Shown one piece after another: positions 7,921 through 17,100 of a stretch of 64,000 bases of DNA; within the stretch, counting starts at the first letter, position 1; each line of letters starts with the position of its first letter. The notes under the pieces were generated by a model, which did no database searches, was not told the DNA's origin, and worked only from the letters and a program-made list of their open reading frames with translations. The stretch is taken from IMG/VR virus record IMGVR_UViG_3300030339_000006. The stretch is one strand, 5' to 3'. The stretch is from a virus. Position numbers and translations under genes: made by a program.

Positions 7921-10796
7921 AACAACGGGTATCCATCGTCGATGCCTATGACAAGTACTGCCCTGAAGTCCCACTGCGTGCCCGCGGTGAGAACGATTTC
8001 ATCCCCGAGGATGATTGCTGTCCGTGGCATGGAGGCCACGGTTCGTTCCACGTCATGTTCGACATTGAAGATCCGACCAAGGGTTTCGCCAAGTGTTTCT
8101 CCTCAGCGTGTACCCATCCTGAGGAAACGGCCGATGTTATCGAGTTCGTTCGCCGTACGCTGAGCCTGGAGAGCCCGAAAGAGGCTGCCCAGCGTATCAT
8201 CGCGGACTTCGAACTCGGCCTGGTCTTCGAGGTCAGTACCAGCCAGAAGATCTTCAACGAAGCCGCTCAGTATTACCAGAACATGTTCCTGACGTCGAAG
8301 ATCTACGAATCCATCGACAAGAAAACTCCTCTGGACTATCAGAAGGAGAACCGTGGGCATAAAGAGGCTACTCTTTTAGCCTTCCGCATCGGTTGGACTG
8401 ACGGTGCCGAGTTGTGCAAGCACTTGGAAATGAAAGGGTTTACCGTCGATGAGATCGTGGCCAGCGGCCTCGGTGCCAAGACCGGTACGTCCATCCGTGA
8501 CAAGTTGCCGAAGGAAGCGTTCGTCTACACGGCGTACGTCGGCGGCCGCCCGTCTCGCTTTACCTTTAAGACACTACGTCTGGGTAACGACGGCAAGCCG
8601 ATTGCCTACCAGTTGAAGAAAGAGTTCTGGCTGAACGGTGTGGTCGTCATGGGCCAGGATACTGTCGCCAGTCACGAAGACATTGCCGTGGTAGAGGGTG
8701 AGAACGACGCACTCTCCTTGATGGACATGGAGTGGCCGGGCGGTATCATCATCATGAATGGCCAGCCAGGCAAGAACCAATACGAGTACCTGAAGACTGC
8801 CTTGAAGCATAAGCGTATCCATACGTTCTATGACGCGGATGAAGCCGGTGACAAATACCGACTGAACTCCTGGGCGTGGGCGGAAGGTGAAATCCATCAA
8901 TACCGAGTTCCGGAAAACGACGAAGATGTGGATCTGTATATTCAGCGCCGCCGTAATGATGAGCTTAATCCTGTCGAGCGTCTCATGGATGGCGGTGAAG
9001 TTGCTCGTCCGTCTAACGGCGAGGCTGATAACGCAGCTGTTAAGGTTACTGGCTCCGGTCAGATAATCGAGAAGGACGGTTGCTACTTTGGCTTCAAGCA
9101 ATTCACTTCGGCGAACGGTGACGTGAAAGAGCAGCTGACCCAGCTGACCAACTTCACGATCAAAATGAAGACCGTGCTGGTACACCGTGGCGACCGTATC
9201 CGTGAGTTGGAATTCACTCGCGACGACGGTTACCGCTCCGGTTCTGTCTACCTGAACTCCTCGTCCAAGTCCTCTATGCGACTGTTCAAGGAATTCTGTG
9301 CGAAGTCCGGTGACGCTCTGTTCCTCGGAACGGATTCTGACCTGAACAACCTGTGGATGCACTTGGCGGCGACACAGCGTGAACGTGTAGTGAACATCCC
9401 TGAGTACTGCGGTTACGTCGCTGAGTTGAACATGTGGCTGTTCCGTAACGTCATGATCAATAACGCGACCGGTGCTGTGTACTTACCGGACGAGCGTGGC
9501 ATCTTCTGGACGCAGCCGGGCCAGGGTATCATGCCACAATCCATCTCCTCGGACATTCTGCAGGACGGTGTGAACGTGGAAGACGCGATGAATATCCCAA
9601 TGCTTCGCGATGATATCAAAGATCCGGAAGAGTTCATGGAGTGGCAGGGCGAGGTGATTCGTCGTCTGGCGGATATCGTTGGCATGCAGGAAGCCTGTAC
9701 CCTGATGGGTTGGGCCAATGCGAATGCGTACTCGACGGCAATCTTCCAGTCACAGCACTTCTTCCCAATGCTGATGTTCTGGGGCCGCCACGGTAAAGGC
9801 AAAACGACGATCGTGCAGTGGATTCTGTCGACCTTCGACATGCTGGAGAACAACAAAGGCTACATGGTGGTGTCAGCGATGGAGAAATCCACCGTCGGCT
9901 TCCAGCGGAAGATGGAGTATTACTCCAGCCTGCCAATCTGTGTGGATGAACTGCGTGCGGACTTCAAGACCAAAGAGCACTACTCCATGTGGCGTGGTAT
10001 GTTCAACCGTGCACCGCGTACTCTCGGTACTCCGCGTCAGGGTGTCGTTAAGCTGCAGAAAGTCCGTGCCAATCTGGGCTTCGGCGGTCAGGATGCCTTC
10101 ACCGATGCTGCTCTGCAGTCTCGCTGTATTGGCATGAAGACCAGCAACATGCGTAGCGACGAGCGTTCCCAAGCGTCCTACCGCTGGTTGAGCAACGAAG
10201 TGGACTACTTCCCACGCTTTGGTTACCACTGGATTCTCGAGTCCACCCGTGCAGATAAAGCCTCGATGGAACTCGCGTGGGAAGAGATGAAGGAGCGTAT
10301 CAACGCTGCCCTGCCAAAGGGTTCCGACGTTGGTTCCCGTACGAAGGACATGTGGAAAATCGTTGGGTGGTTCGGTGAACGCTTCATGAACACCTACTTC
10401 CCAGGCGAAGAGTACATGCCATGGATGCTCAACCAAATCCGTCAGGACGTTGAGATGCAAACGGAAGTCGATATCGTCACCGAAGTGTGGAGCAAGATTG
10501 CTTCCCGTCAGGTCGGCCGCAATCCCGATATCACCCTGGACCACGTCATGACCGACGGCAGCAAGCTCTACGTGTGGTGGCCGGCAGTGATGGACATTCT
10601 CGACCGTGAGTTGGCTCACTTGGGTCATGCCAAGTCGACGATTCGCACGGCAATGCTAGAGGAAGCGTACTACGAAGGCACCGCTACCCGTCGTATGGGT
10701 GTGGCCAACCATCAGCGTCGCGTCCTCGTGTTCAACCTCGAAAATGCACCGGAAGTCGTGAAGCAAATTGCGATTGTCTCTCCGGACGGCTTTTAA
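7905..10796 (+). CDS. Fused DNA primase-helicase (CHC2 zinc finger, TOPRIM, P-loop ATPase)
   Basis: CPWH...CFSSAC, VVEGENDA, YDADEAG, GRHGKGKTT Walker A, ICVDE Walker B. Confidence 0.85.
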   Translation: MFNEIKQRVSIVDAYDKYCPEVPLRARGENDFIPEDDCCPWHGGHGSFHVMFDIEDPTKGFAKCFSSACTHPEETADVIEFVRRTLSLESPKEAAQRIIADFELGLVFEVSTSQKIFNEAAQYYQNMFLTSKIYESIDKKTPLDYQKENRGHKEATLLAFRIGWTDGAELCKHLEMKGFTVDEIVASGLGAKTGTSIRDKLPKEAFVYTAYVGGRPSRFTFKTLRLGNDGKPIAYQLKKEFWLNGVVVMGQDTVASHEDIAVVEGENDALSLMDMEWPGGIIIMNGQPGKNQYEYLKTALKHKRIHTFYDADEAGDKYRLNSWAWAEGEIHQYRVPENDEDVDLYIQRRRNDELNPVERLMDGGEVARPSNGEADNAAVKVTGSGQIIEKDGCYFGFKQFTSANGDVKEQLTQLTNFTIKMKTVLVHRGDRIRELEFTRDDGYRSGSVYLNSSSKSSMRLFKEFCAKSGDALFLGTDSDLNNLWMHLAATQRERVVNIPEYCGYVAELNMWLFRNVMINNATGAVYLPDERGIFWTQPGQGIMPQSISSDILQDGVNVEDAMNIPMLRDDIKDPEEFMEWQGEVIRRLADIVGMQEACTLMGWANANAYSTAIFQSQHFFPMLMFWGRHGKGKTTIVQWILSTFDMLENNKGYMVVSAMEKSTVGFQRKMEYYSSLPICVDELRADFKTKEHYSMWRGMFNRAPRTLGTPRQGVVKLQKVRANLGFGGQDAFTDAALQSRCIGMKTSNMRSDERSQASYRWLSNEVDYFPRFGYHWILESTRADKASMELAWEEMKERINAALPKGSDVGSRTKDMWKIVGWFGERFMNTYFPGEEYMPWMLNQIRQDVEMQTEVDIVTEVWSKIASRQVGRNPDITLDHVMTDGSKLYVWWPAVMDILDRELAHLGHAKSTIRTAMLEEAYYEGTATRRMGVANHQRRVLVFNLENAPEVVKQIAIVSPDGF

Positions 10797-10804
10797 GGAG
10801 CCCT

Positions 10805-11050
10805 ATGTTCTACCCTGAAATTCTTGATCGCTACGAAGCGATCCTTCGGGGAGCAGAAGACTTCGGTGAGGGTGATACCTCCCGAGGTCACCTTCTCGAC
10901 CTGATCGAGCTGCTCAACGGAAACGACGCCATGAGCCTGACCCGCAAACACCGCTGGCTGGGCTTTATCCAAGGAGTTATGATCTGCCACGGTCTGCTGA
11001 CCGTCTTGGAAGAACGTAACACCACTCGCAGTATCTTTGCTGGAGCTTAA
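10805..11050 (+). CDS. Hypothetical phage protein
   Basis: AAGGAG RBS; RWLGFIQG motif. Confidence 0.6.
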   Translation: MFYPEILDRYEAILRGAEDFGEGDTSRGHLLDLIELLNGNDAMSLTRKHRWLGFIQGVMICHGLLTVLEERNTTRSIFAGA

Positions 11051-11051
11051 T

Positions 11052-11786
11052 ATGAAACTTCAACCCACCCGTGACCTGCCGATCTACTCCCGTGCCAACC
11101 GGCCTGCAGTCATGCCCTCTGAAATGAGAGTCGGCGAGCTCGATAAACCGGTCACGATCGATAACCTGACCCAACGAATTATCGACGATAGTGGCTACAA
11201 CCCGATCTTCCCTCGCCATGCTCTGATGGTGGATATCGAGACGCTGGACACCCGGCCGTACTCGAAGATCCTGTCCATCGCCGGTGTCGTGTTCGATTCT
11301 CTGGCGGATCGCTCCTCGATCGTTGACGCCAACGGTAACGTCATTGCTCCACACTTCTCGATCGTCCTCGAGCTGATCGGCCAGGGGCATCGCACGCAGG
11401 ATGAATCGACCGTCGAGTGGTGGTCTAAGCAATCTCCTGAAGCCCGTGCCCCAATCTTCGGCCCAGGAGTGGCCAAGGTGCCGTACGTGGAAGGTATCCG
11501 TTCGTTCTGGGCGTGGGCCAAAGAACAGCAAGCGGACGGGGCATTTGCATGTTCTCCTGCGTTCGACTATACTATCCTGGATACGGCCGGCGAGGATGTC
11601 CTCGGGTACGGCAACAAGTTCCCCATTCCTTTCTACAACCACACCGACGTCCGCTCCCTGCGTAACTTCGTGTTCGGTAAGAAGAAAATCGACTGGGGCA
11701 TCAAACATGAAGCTCTGGGTGACTGCGTTCGCCAGATCTTCGAAATGCAGGAGTTATACTTATGGCGGAAGCAGAAACAAGGTTGA
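11052..11786 (+). CDS. DEDDh 3'-5' exonuclease (DexA/ExoVIII/Rv2179c-like)
   Basis: MVDIETL, T..WW..Q, FDY.IL, DVRSL, HEALGDC. Confidence 0.8.
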   Translation: MKLQPTRDLPIYSRANRPAVMPSEMRVGELDKPVTIDNLTQRIIDDSGYNPIFPRHALMVDIETLDTRPYSKILSIAGVVFDSLADRSSIVDANGNVIAPHFSIVLELIGQGHRTQDESTVEWWSKQSPEARAPIFGPGVAKVPYVEGIRSFWAWAKEQQADGAFACSPAFDYTILDTAGEDVLGYGNKFPIPFYNHTDVRSLRNFVFGKKKIDWGIKHEALGDCVRQIFEMQELYLWRKQKQG

Positions 11787-12211
11787 TCGATCTATCCATT
11801 GAGAACAGTCACTGGATTCGTGCGTTTGAGTTCATGATGAGTGAGTTCAGACAGGATGCCCAGAAGGGGTTGTACCGTCCGGACCGGCAGGTAGTGGGCG
11901 TAGGGTTAGACCGTCGAGACCTGGCGTTGAACTCCACAGCGTTAACGCTACTGCTGAACACCAACGGTATCGGCTGTGAGTTCCACCCGGGCTTGCTCCG
12001 GGAAGTGAAGATCACCCGGCCGGTCGAGCAGGTTGGCAATGTTGTGTATCTGAACGGTGCACCGTCGCCGGAGCTCTTCGTTGAACTGATTGCGAACGAT
12101 ATCCCTGTTCCGATGGATGCGACCTTGGATGCTATCGCCGAACACTACAACGCGGGAGGGTCAATCTTCATTGTCCCTGCTGAAATTCACTGGCCGTTCT
12201 TACGGCAGTAA
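11762..12211 (+). CDS. Hypothetical protein
   Basis: ORF in operon with AGGAG RBS. Confidence 0.55.
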   Translation: MAEAETRLIDLSIENSHWIRAFEFMMSEFRQDAQKGLYRPDRQVVGVGLDRRDLALNSTALTLLLNTNGIGCEFHPGLLREVKITRPVEQVGNVVYLNGAPSPELFVELIANDIPVPMDATLDAIAEHYNAGGSIFIVPAEIHWPFLRQ

Positions 12212-12213
12212 CC

Positions 12214-12240
12214 AAAGGCCCTTCGGGGCCTTTTCTTTTT
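12214..12240 (+). terminator. Rho-independent terminator
   Basis: AAAGGCCC-TTCG-GGGCCTTTT. Confidence 0.7.
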
Positions 12241-12248
12241 GGTGAACT

Positions 12249-13142
12249 ATGAAACAATACTTGGATAATATCCTGTTCGTTCTTAACAACGGGCTGGAGA
12301 AAGGGGATCGCACTGGGACGGGAACCGTCTCCGTTATCGGTCAGGGTACGTCTTATGATCTGCTGGGTAATAAAGTTCCGGTCGTGACACTGAAGAAGAC
12401 CAACCTTCGCAGCGTCATTCATGAGCTCTTGTGGTTCATCAAGGGTGACACGAATATCCAGTACCTGCTGGATAACAACGTGCATATCTGGGATGAGTGG
12501 GCTGATGATGAAGGCAACCTCGGACCGGTCTACGGGAAGCAGTGGCGTTACTGGGATGATATCAAGCTCACAACTATTGGAAGCGACCGAGCAATTGATC
12601 TGTTAGGTAGAGGCTACCAACTTGAAGGCTCGATGGATACCCGATGGGTATTTACCCGCAAGATTGACCAGCTGCAGAACGCAATCGACCTCCTGCGTAC
12701 CGATCCAGATTCTCGTCGTATCATCGTGTCGTCCTGGAACCCAGGAGATCTCGAAGACATGGCTCTGGCGCCGTGCCATTGCTTCTTCCAGTTCTTCTCA
12801 GAGGAAGTTGAAGGCAAACGCTACCTGACCTGCCTGTTGTATCAACGTTCTGCCGACATGTTCCTCGGCGTGCCGTTCAACATTGCATCCTACGCGATCC
12901 TCACTCACTTGATAGCCTCTATAACGAACCATACGGCTGCTGGCTTGATCCACGTCACCGGGGACACTCACGTATACCAAAACCATTTGGACGTCGCAGC
13001 GAGCCTCTCAGACCTCCCTATGTACGACCTCCCGACCCTTCGGATCAACTCCCGAAAGGAGATCGACGAGTTCACTTTCGAAGATATCGAGATCCTGGGC
13101 TATCAGTCTGGCCCGTGGATCAAGGCGCCGGTGGCGGTGTGA
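12249..13142 (+). CDS. thyA: Thymidylate synthase
   Basis: DRTGTGT, ELLWF, LGPVYGKQWR, MALAPCH, YQRSADMFLGVPFNIASY. Confidence 0.97.
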   Translation: MKQYLDNILFVLNNGLEKGDRTGTGTVSVIGQGTSYDLLGNKVPVVTLKKTNLRSVIHELLWFIKGDTNIQYLLDNNVHIWDEWADDEGNLGPVYGKQWRYWDDIKLTTIGSDRAIDLLGRGYQLEGSMDTRWVFTRKIDQLQNAIDLLRTDPDSRRIIVSSWNPGDLEDMALAPCHCFFQFFSEEVEGKRYLTCLLYQRSADMFLGVPFNIASYAILTHLIASITNHTAAGLIHVTGDTHVYQNHLDVAASLSDLPMYDLPTLRINSRKEIDEFTFEDIEILGYQSGPWIKAPVAV

Positions 13143-13324
13143 AGTACCTGTGGATGGCGATCGCTTGCCTCTTCGCTTCATTCTTCTGCGGGGCGAGCAT
13201 GTTTCTCAGTGCACACGAAGGTTCACCGGAGGTGGTTCGCGGATTGTTCTTACTGGGGGAGTTTATCTTCTGGGTCGTCTGCGGGTATATACTGACGTGG
13301 CTGCTGTTTAAGATCTTCGACTAA
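13139..13324 (+). CDS. Small membrane protein
   Basis: GTGA overlap with thyA; two hydrophobic helices. Confidence 0.5.
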   Translation: MKYLWMAIACLFASFFCGASMFLSAHEGSPEVVRGLFLLGEFIFWVVCGYILTWLLFKIFD

Positions 13325-13405
13325 AAAAGTCCCCCGGCAGGAAAAGGAGGGAAAACCTTTCCGGGGGCAAAGATATAAGTGAGCCTTGATAGTACCCACT
13401 TTCCG

Positions 13406-13413
13406 GGTATAAG
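13406..13413 (+). promoter_or_regulatory. GGTATAAG phage promoter-like motif
   Basis: Recurrent motif, upstream of the ligase operon. Confidence 0.6.
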
Positions 13414-13443
13414 TAAAGTAGGAAATTTAACTGAGGAACGATT

Positions 13444-13875
13444 ATGAAACTGTATGCATTCTGCCAAGGACACCCGAGTGGTGTTGAAGGATTAACAATC
13501 AGTGCTGACGGTGATGTCATCGCCGGGCATTTCTCTTCGAACTCCACCTGGGCCCGTCACGACATGGGTGCCGATGGTCGGAGCGATTGGAAACACGATA
13601 TCTATGACAAGAAGTACGGTGCCGGCAACTGGGAGATCGAGTGGGTTGAAAACCCGGATGAGCATCCTGGCCTGATGGCTGCGATCGCTGCGAACCACGC
13701 TCAGCCACACCGCCTGACTTACGTCGTGAAGGATGGTCATCTGGTTATCAACTACGGCAGCGACGAGATAAAGCTGGGTGAGGAATTCCTCGAGTCAGAT
13801 CTCAAGAGTAATCGCCTTATCTACCGCTTGAACGACATCTTCGGCGGAGAAGAATGGGAGCTTGATCCGGCATGA
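13444..13875 (+). CDS. Hypothetical protein
   Basis: GAGG RBS; ATGA overlap with the ligase. Confidence 0.6.
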   Translation: MKLYAFCQGHPSGVEGLTISADGDVIAGHFSSNSTWARHDMGADGRSDWKHDIYDKKYGAGNWEIEWVENPDEHPGLMAAIAANHAQPHRLTYVVKDGHLVINYGSDEIKLGEEFLESDLKSNRLIYRLNDIFGGEEWELDPA

Positions 13876-14972
13876 AAACCTTCCTACCCAAACTCTTAAA
13901 GCCCAGTAAGGGCGGCCACTTGCAGCAGTGGGAAGTCTGGTATCGTCCGAAGCTCGACGGGACGGCGGAACTGGGCACGGTCTATGGGCGGGCCTGTGGA
14001 AAGCTTCAGGAACACTCGATCATTATCAAGGAGGGGAAGAACATCGGTCGTAAGAACGAAACGACTCCCCTGACGCAGGCGGAAGCGGAAGCCAAATCGA
14101 TGCACGCGAAGCAGATCCGGACGGGGTATTCCCTGACTGGTGAAGTCGTGGCGGAGAAAGGCGTGATGTTGGCCGCAGATTACTTGGTGCTGGCTCAACG
14201 AAGGAAGGGTGTGGATCTTCCGGGCCGCGTTATCGTGTCACCGAAGCTGGACGGGATCCGTTCCCGGTTCATCTCGGGGAATCACGTATCGCGGGGCCAC
14301 TTGAACTTCCGCGGTATCCCGAGTCGTATCACGGAGTACCTCAATCACGTGAACTCTCCCGCCGACGGGGAGATGTACATCCACGGGATCCCTCTGCGTC
14401 GGCTGAACGGGTTGGTGAACCGCTACGAAGAAGGCCTGACGGAACGCCTGCAGTACCACATCTTCGATCTCCCCGTTCCAGGCATTCCAGTTGAGGAACG
14501 CAAGGCGATCATCGCTGAACGTTTCGACAATCAAGAAGCCCGTGACCAAGGGGTTATCGTGGTGCCATACGAGACCGTTGCCTCAGAGCGGGTCGAGGTC
14601 TACAAGAACCGTTACGTGGAGCTCGGTTTTGAAGGCGTCATGATTAACCTGTTGGGCTTCGAGTACCTGTTCCAGAACAAGCGGGATAACCGTCTGATCA
14701 AGTGGAAAGACTTCTTCGAACGTGAGTACATCGTCACTGAACTCGAAGAGGACGCGGACGGCGGGGCGAAGGCGGTGGCCTACACGGATGAGGGTGTGCG
14801 TTTCACCATCACGCTGAAGGCGGAAGACTGGATCAAAGAGGATCTCCTTCGTCATCCGGAGAAGCTCGTAGGTCTGCCACTGACCACCCGCTACCAGACC
14901 ATCCTGGACAGCGGTATCCCGCAGTTTGCCCGCGGTATCGTTGAGCGTATCTATGAAGGAGACATTGGATGA
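13872..14972 (+). CDS. ATP-dependent DNA ligase
   Basis: SPKLDGIR (motif I), DGEMY, YHIFD, FEGVMI, LIKWK. Confidence 0.92.
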   Translation: MKTFLPKLLKPSKGGHLQQWEVWYRPKLDGTAELGTVYGRACGKLQEHSIIIKEGKNIGRKNETTPLTQAEAEAKSMHAKQIRTGYSLTGEVVAEKGVMLAADYLVLAQRRKGVDLPGRVIVSPKLDGIRSRFISGNHVSRGHLNFRGIPSRITEYLNHVNSPADGEMYIHGIPLRRLNGLVNRYEEGLTERLQYHIFDLPVPGIPVEERKAIIAERFDNQEARDQGVIVVPYETVASERVEVYKNRYVELGFEGVMINLLGFEYLFQNKRDNRLIKWKDFFEREYIVTELEEDADGGAKAVAYTDEGVRFTITLKAEDWIKEDLLRHPEKLVGLPLTTRYQTILDSGIPQFARGIVERIYEGDIG

Positions 14973-15400
14973 ACATCGAAGAGCTACAGGAGGTAGTTGC
15001 TAACCCGAAGACCTCCCTGGAACAGTACTTGGCTCTTCAGTTGATTGATCTACTGAAGCAGGGGTCCGTGCGAAAGAATTATCTTGCAGGGTATGATGAA
15101 GGCCATTCACGGGGGGTGAATTGCGGAAGGCTTTACAAAGTGGACGATGGCATGCGGGGTCACCGCCATGCTTGTGCGAATGCGTATTCCACTTCTCCGG
15201 AAGTCTCCTGGATACCCTGCCGTGTAAGGAATCCGGAAGAGAGCGGGCGATATCTATGTTATGTCGAAGAGATAAACTCTCTAGGAAAAAGCCACTACCA
15301 GTGGAACTGCTCCTGGAACGGTCAGGTGTGGTCCGACGCAGCACTGACCGGACGTGTTACCCACTGGCGTGAATTACCGGAACGACCGGAGATCAAATGA
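14969..15400 (+). CDS. DUF551-domain protein
   Basis: WIPC..R.PE...VTHWRELPERP. Confidence 0.7.
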   Translation: MNIEELQEVVANPKTSLEQYLALQLIDLLKQGSVRKNYLAGYDEGHSRGVNCGRLYKVDDGMRGHRHACANAYSTSPEVSWIPCRVRNPEESGRYLCYVEEINSLGKSHYQWNCSWNGQVWSDAALTGRVTHWRELPERPEIK

Positions 15401-15648
15401 GTGAACTGTTGGAAGTAACTCGGGGAAGAACTACTATGGCATTAGTAGGTCGACACCATCAGGAGTGGCTCAAAATCCTTCAGGCTATCGAGGATGGTGC
15501 AAACCGAGGAGAAACATCCATCGAGGTCGATAACGACTACGGTGATCTGGCCCCGGCCCTCGTAGATGCACTGCGTCTTAAGGGTTTCCGGTCGAACTTC
15601 AATCACGAAGGACGCACCCGTATCTACATTGATTGGAGAGTACGCTAA
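15397..15648 (+). CDS. Hypothetical protein (same family as 53218-54430)
   Basis: I...A..G...L..KGF...I.W pattern. Confidence 0.55.
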   Translation: MSELLEVTRGRTTMALVGRHHQEWLKILQAIEDGANRGETSIEVDNDYGDLAPALVDALRLKGFRSNFNHEGRTRIYIDWRVR

Positions 15649-15671
15649 ACTCAATAGGACGCGAGTAAACG

Positions 15672-15695
15672 GGTATAAGTAAGGTGTAACCAACA
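15672..15695 (+). promoter_or_regulatory. GGTATAAG motif, long form GGTATAAGTAAGGTGTAACCAAC
   Basis: Identical long form at 27943. Confidence 0.65.
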
Positions 15696-15709
15696 TAGGA
15701 GCAATCATC

Positions 15710-15814
15710 ATGACCTACGGTAAAGCCATTCTTATCGCGATCTTATTCGCCACCGCATTCACCGCAGCGGGAACGCTGGACTACAATTCTCAACTGACAG
15801 TACTCAGCCGATAG
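15710..15814 (+). CDS. 34-aa hydrophobic peptide (MTYGKAILIAILFATAF...)
   Basis: AGGAG RBS; lies between the promoter motif and a terminator; below the ORF-track cut-off. Confidence 0.55.
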   Translation: MTYGKAILIAILFATAFTAAGTLDYNSQLTVLSR

Positions 15815-15819
15815 TGGCT

Positions 15820-15850
15820 GGCGGGCGCCTTCACGGGCCCGTTCTTTTTT
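15820..15850 (+). terminator. Rho-independent terminator
   Basis: GC-rich imperfect hairpin plus T tract. Confidence 0.55.
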
Positions 15851-15863
15851 AGCGAGGAAAGCA

Positions 15864-16490
15864 ATGAACTGGTCTGATATCGATGGCCTGGATGTGGACC
15901 AGGCAGCCGAAGCGATTTGGCAACACAACCACACGAGAACTCGACTGGAGACCATCCGGTCTATGCTCGGAGCGGCACCGACGGATCTGAAGGGTTACCG
16001 TCCGGACGGTGATTACAAACACCAAATGGTCAATCTCGGCCCGTACGCAGAGAAAGTGGTTGCCAGAGTGTTGACAGACGGGGATAATATAGCCTTACGC
16101 TCACCGGACAATAACAACGCCCGGGACATCTACTTCGTCAACAACGGCCGTGTCCAGGATCGTGGACTGCAGGTCAAACTGGGAGATCCAAATGAACACA
16201 TATTCTATTCTCTACGCAAAAGACTTGCTCGTGGCCACGCTGATGACATTGTTCTTGATGACAGTCTCGTCAGTGACGGACGGCTGGGCGAAGCGTTTAC
16301 GCCTTACAAACGCCGCAGTCTACAGACCGCGATTGATGGGGCCGGCGTTCGGGTACTCGGTGTCCCTGGCCTCCTGGCTCGAGCCCGGACCGAAAGAGCT
16401 ATCGATGCTTCACGAGGGGTCCGCAGTGGGATACTTCGAATGGTCCGTGCGGGACAGAATTTAAAATATTCGAAAAAGATTGATGTGTAA
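15864..16490 (+). CDS. Hypothetical protein, possible restriction-endonuclease-fold (D...QxK) nuclease
   Basis: GPYAE...RDIYF...LQVK spacing. Confidence 0.4.
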   Translation: MNWSDIDGLDVDQAAEAIWQHNHTRTRLETIRSMLGAAPTDLKGYRPDGDYKHQMVNLGPYAEKVVARVLTDGDNIALRSPDNNNARDIYFVNNGRVQDRGLQVKLGDPNEHIFYSLRKRLARGHADDIVLDDSLVSDGRLGEAFTPYKRRSLQTAIDGAGVRVLGVPGLLARARTERAIDASRGVRSGILRMVRAGQNLKYSKKIDV

Positions 16491-16493
16491 GGG

Positions 16494-16522
16494 TTGACAG
16501 CCAGTGAGCAGAAGGATATAGT
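16494..16522 (+). promoter_or_regulatory. sigma70-type promoter
   Basis: TTGACA-17-TATAGT. Confidence 0.75.
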
Positions 16523-16554
16523 AGCTACATCTTCCACCCAACCTGGTAAACACC

Positions 16555-16773
16555 ATGAAACTGAAGCACGAAGGTCAGCAGTACGAAATCCGCCCTATTC
16601 TTCCAAAGAATAAGGATGGTTCCCAGAAGAAAGGCCGTTATGGCAAAAAGCCGGCGACAGAAATTGTCCACGCTTACTCCGCAGACGCGGCGATGAAACT
16701 GGCAGTGGTACGCGGGATTATCCCAGCGAACACACTGATGTCGTACTACGAAGCCATCCCACTTCGTAAGTAA
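16555..16773 (+). CDS. Small basic hypothetical protein
   Basis: Monocistronic between a sigma70 promoter and a terminator. Confidence 0.6.
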   Translation: MKLKHEGQQYEIRPILPKNKDGSQKKGRYGKKPATEIVHAYSADAAMKLAVVRGIIPANTLMSYYEAIPLRK

Positions 16774-16778
16774 CATTT

Positions 16779-16802
16779 GGGCCCACTTCGGTGGGCCTTT
16801 TT
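16779..16802 (+). terminator. Rho-independent terminator
   Basis: GGCCCAC-TTCG-GTGGGCC-TTTTT. Confidence 0.8.
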
Positions 16803-16851
16803 GTTTCTAGAATGTTCCAAACCTTTCCCTTATCCGTCAAGCACTTACACC

Positions 16852-17019
16852 CTTCTGTGACATTGTTACATCGGAACGTCAGAAAGTCACCCTTATTAGA
16901 GACATCTTACCCCTATACATACATTACTATGGATTCAAAATAAGGTATATATAGGATGCTACTACCCTCTAGGGACTAAAGGGGGTGTGTGTTTAGCCGC
17001 GTTGTTCCTGTCACAGAAG
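16852..17019. repeat. Dispersed non-coding element, copy 1 (candidate replication origin)
   Basis: 11-bp terminal IR CTTCTGTGACA/TGTCACAGAAG; 56-bp AT-rich core 16902-16957 identical to 51811-51866. Confidence 0.85.
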
Positions 17020-17100
17020 TTCCAATCATCCCTCGATTCCCCGGTATAACTATCATGACAAGGTATCTCACTCTGAGAGCCTACTTTATTAGGTGACATT

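Noticed and set aside
12550-12670. Extra ~30 codons in thyA as an intron
   Set aside because: In frame, short, and located in a loop known to vary among ThyA proteins.
13330-13366. CCCCCGG/CCGGGGG hairpin as a riboswitch
   Set aside because: No recognisable aptamer motif; more simply a terminator or processing stem.
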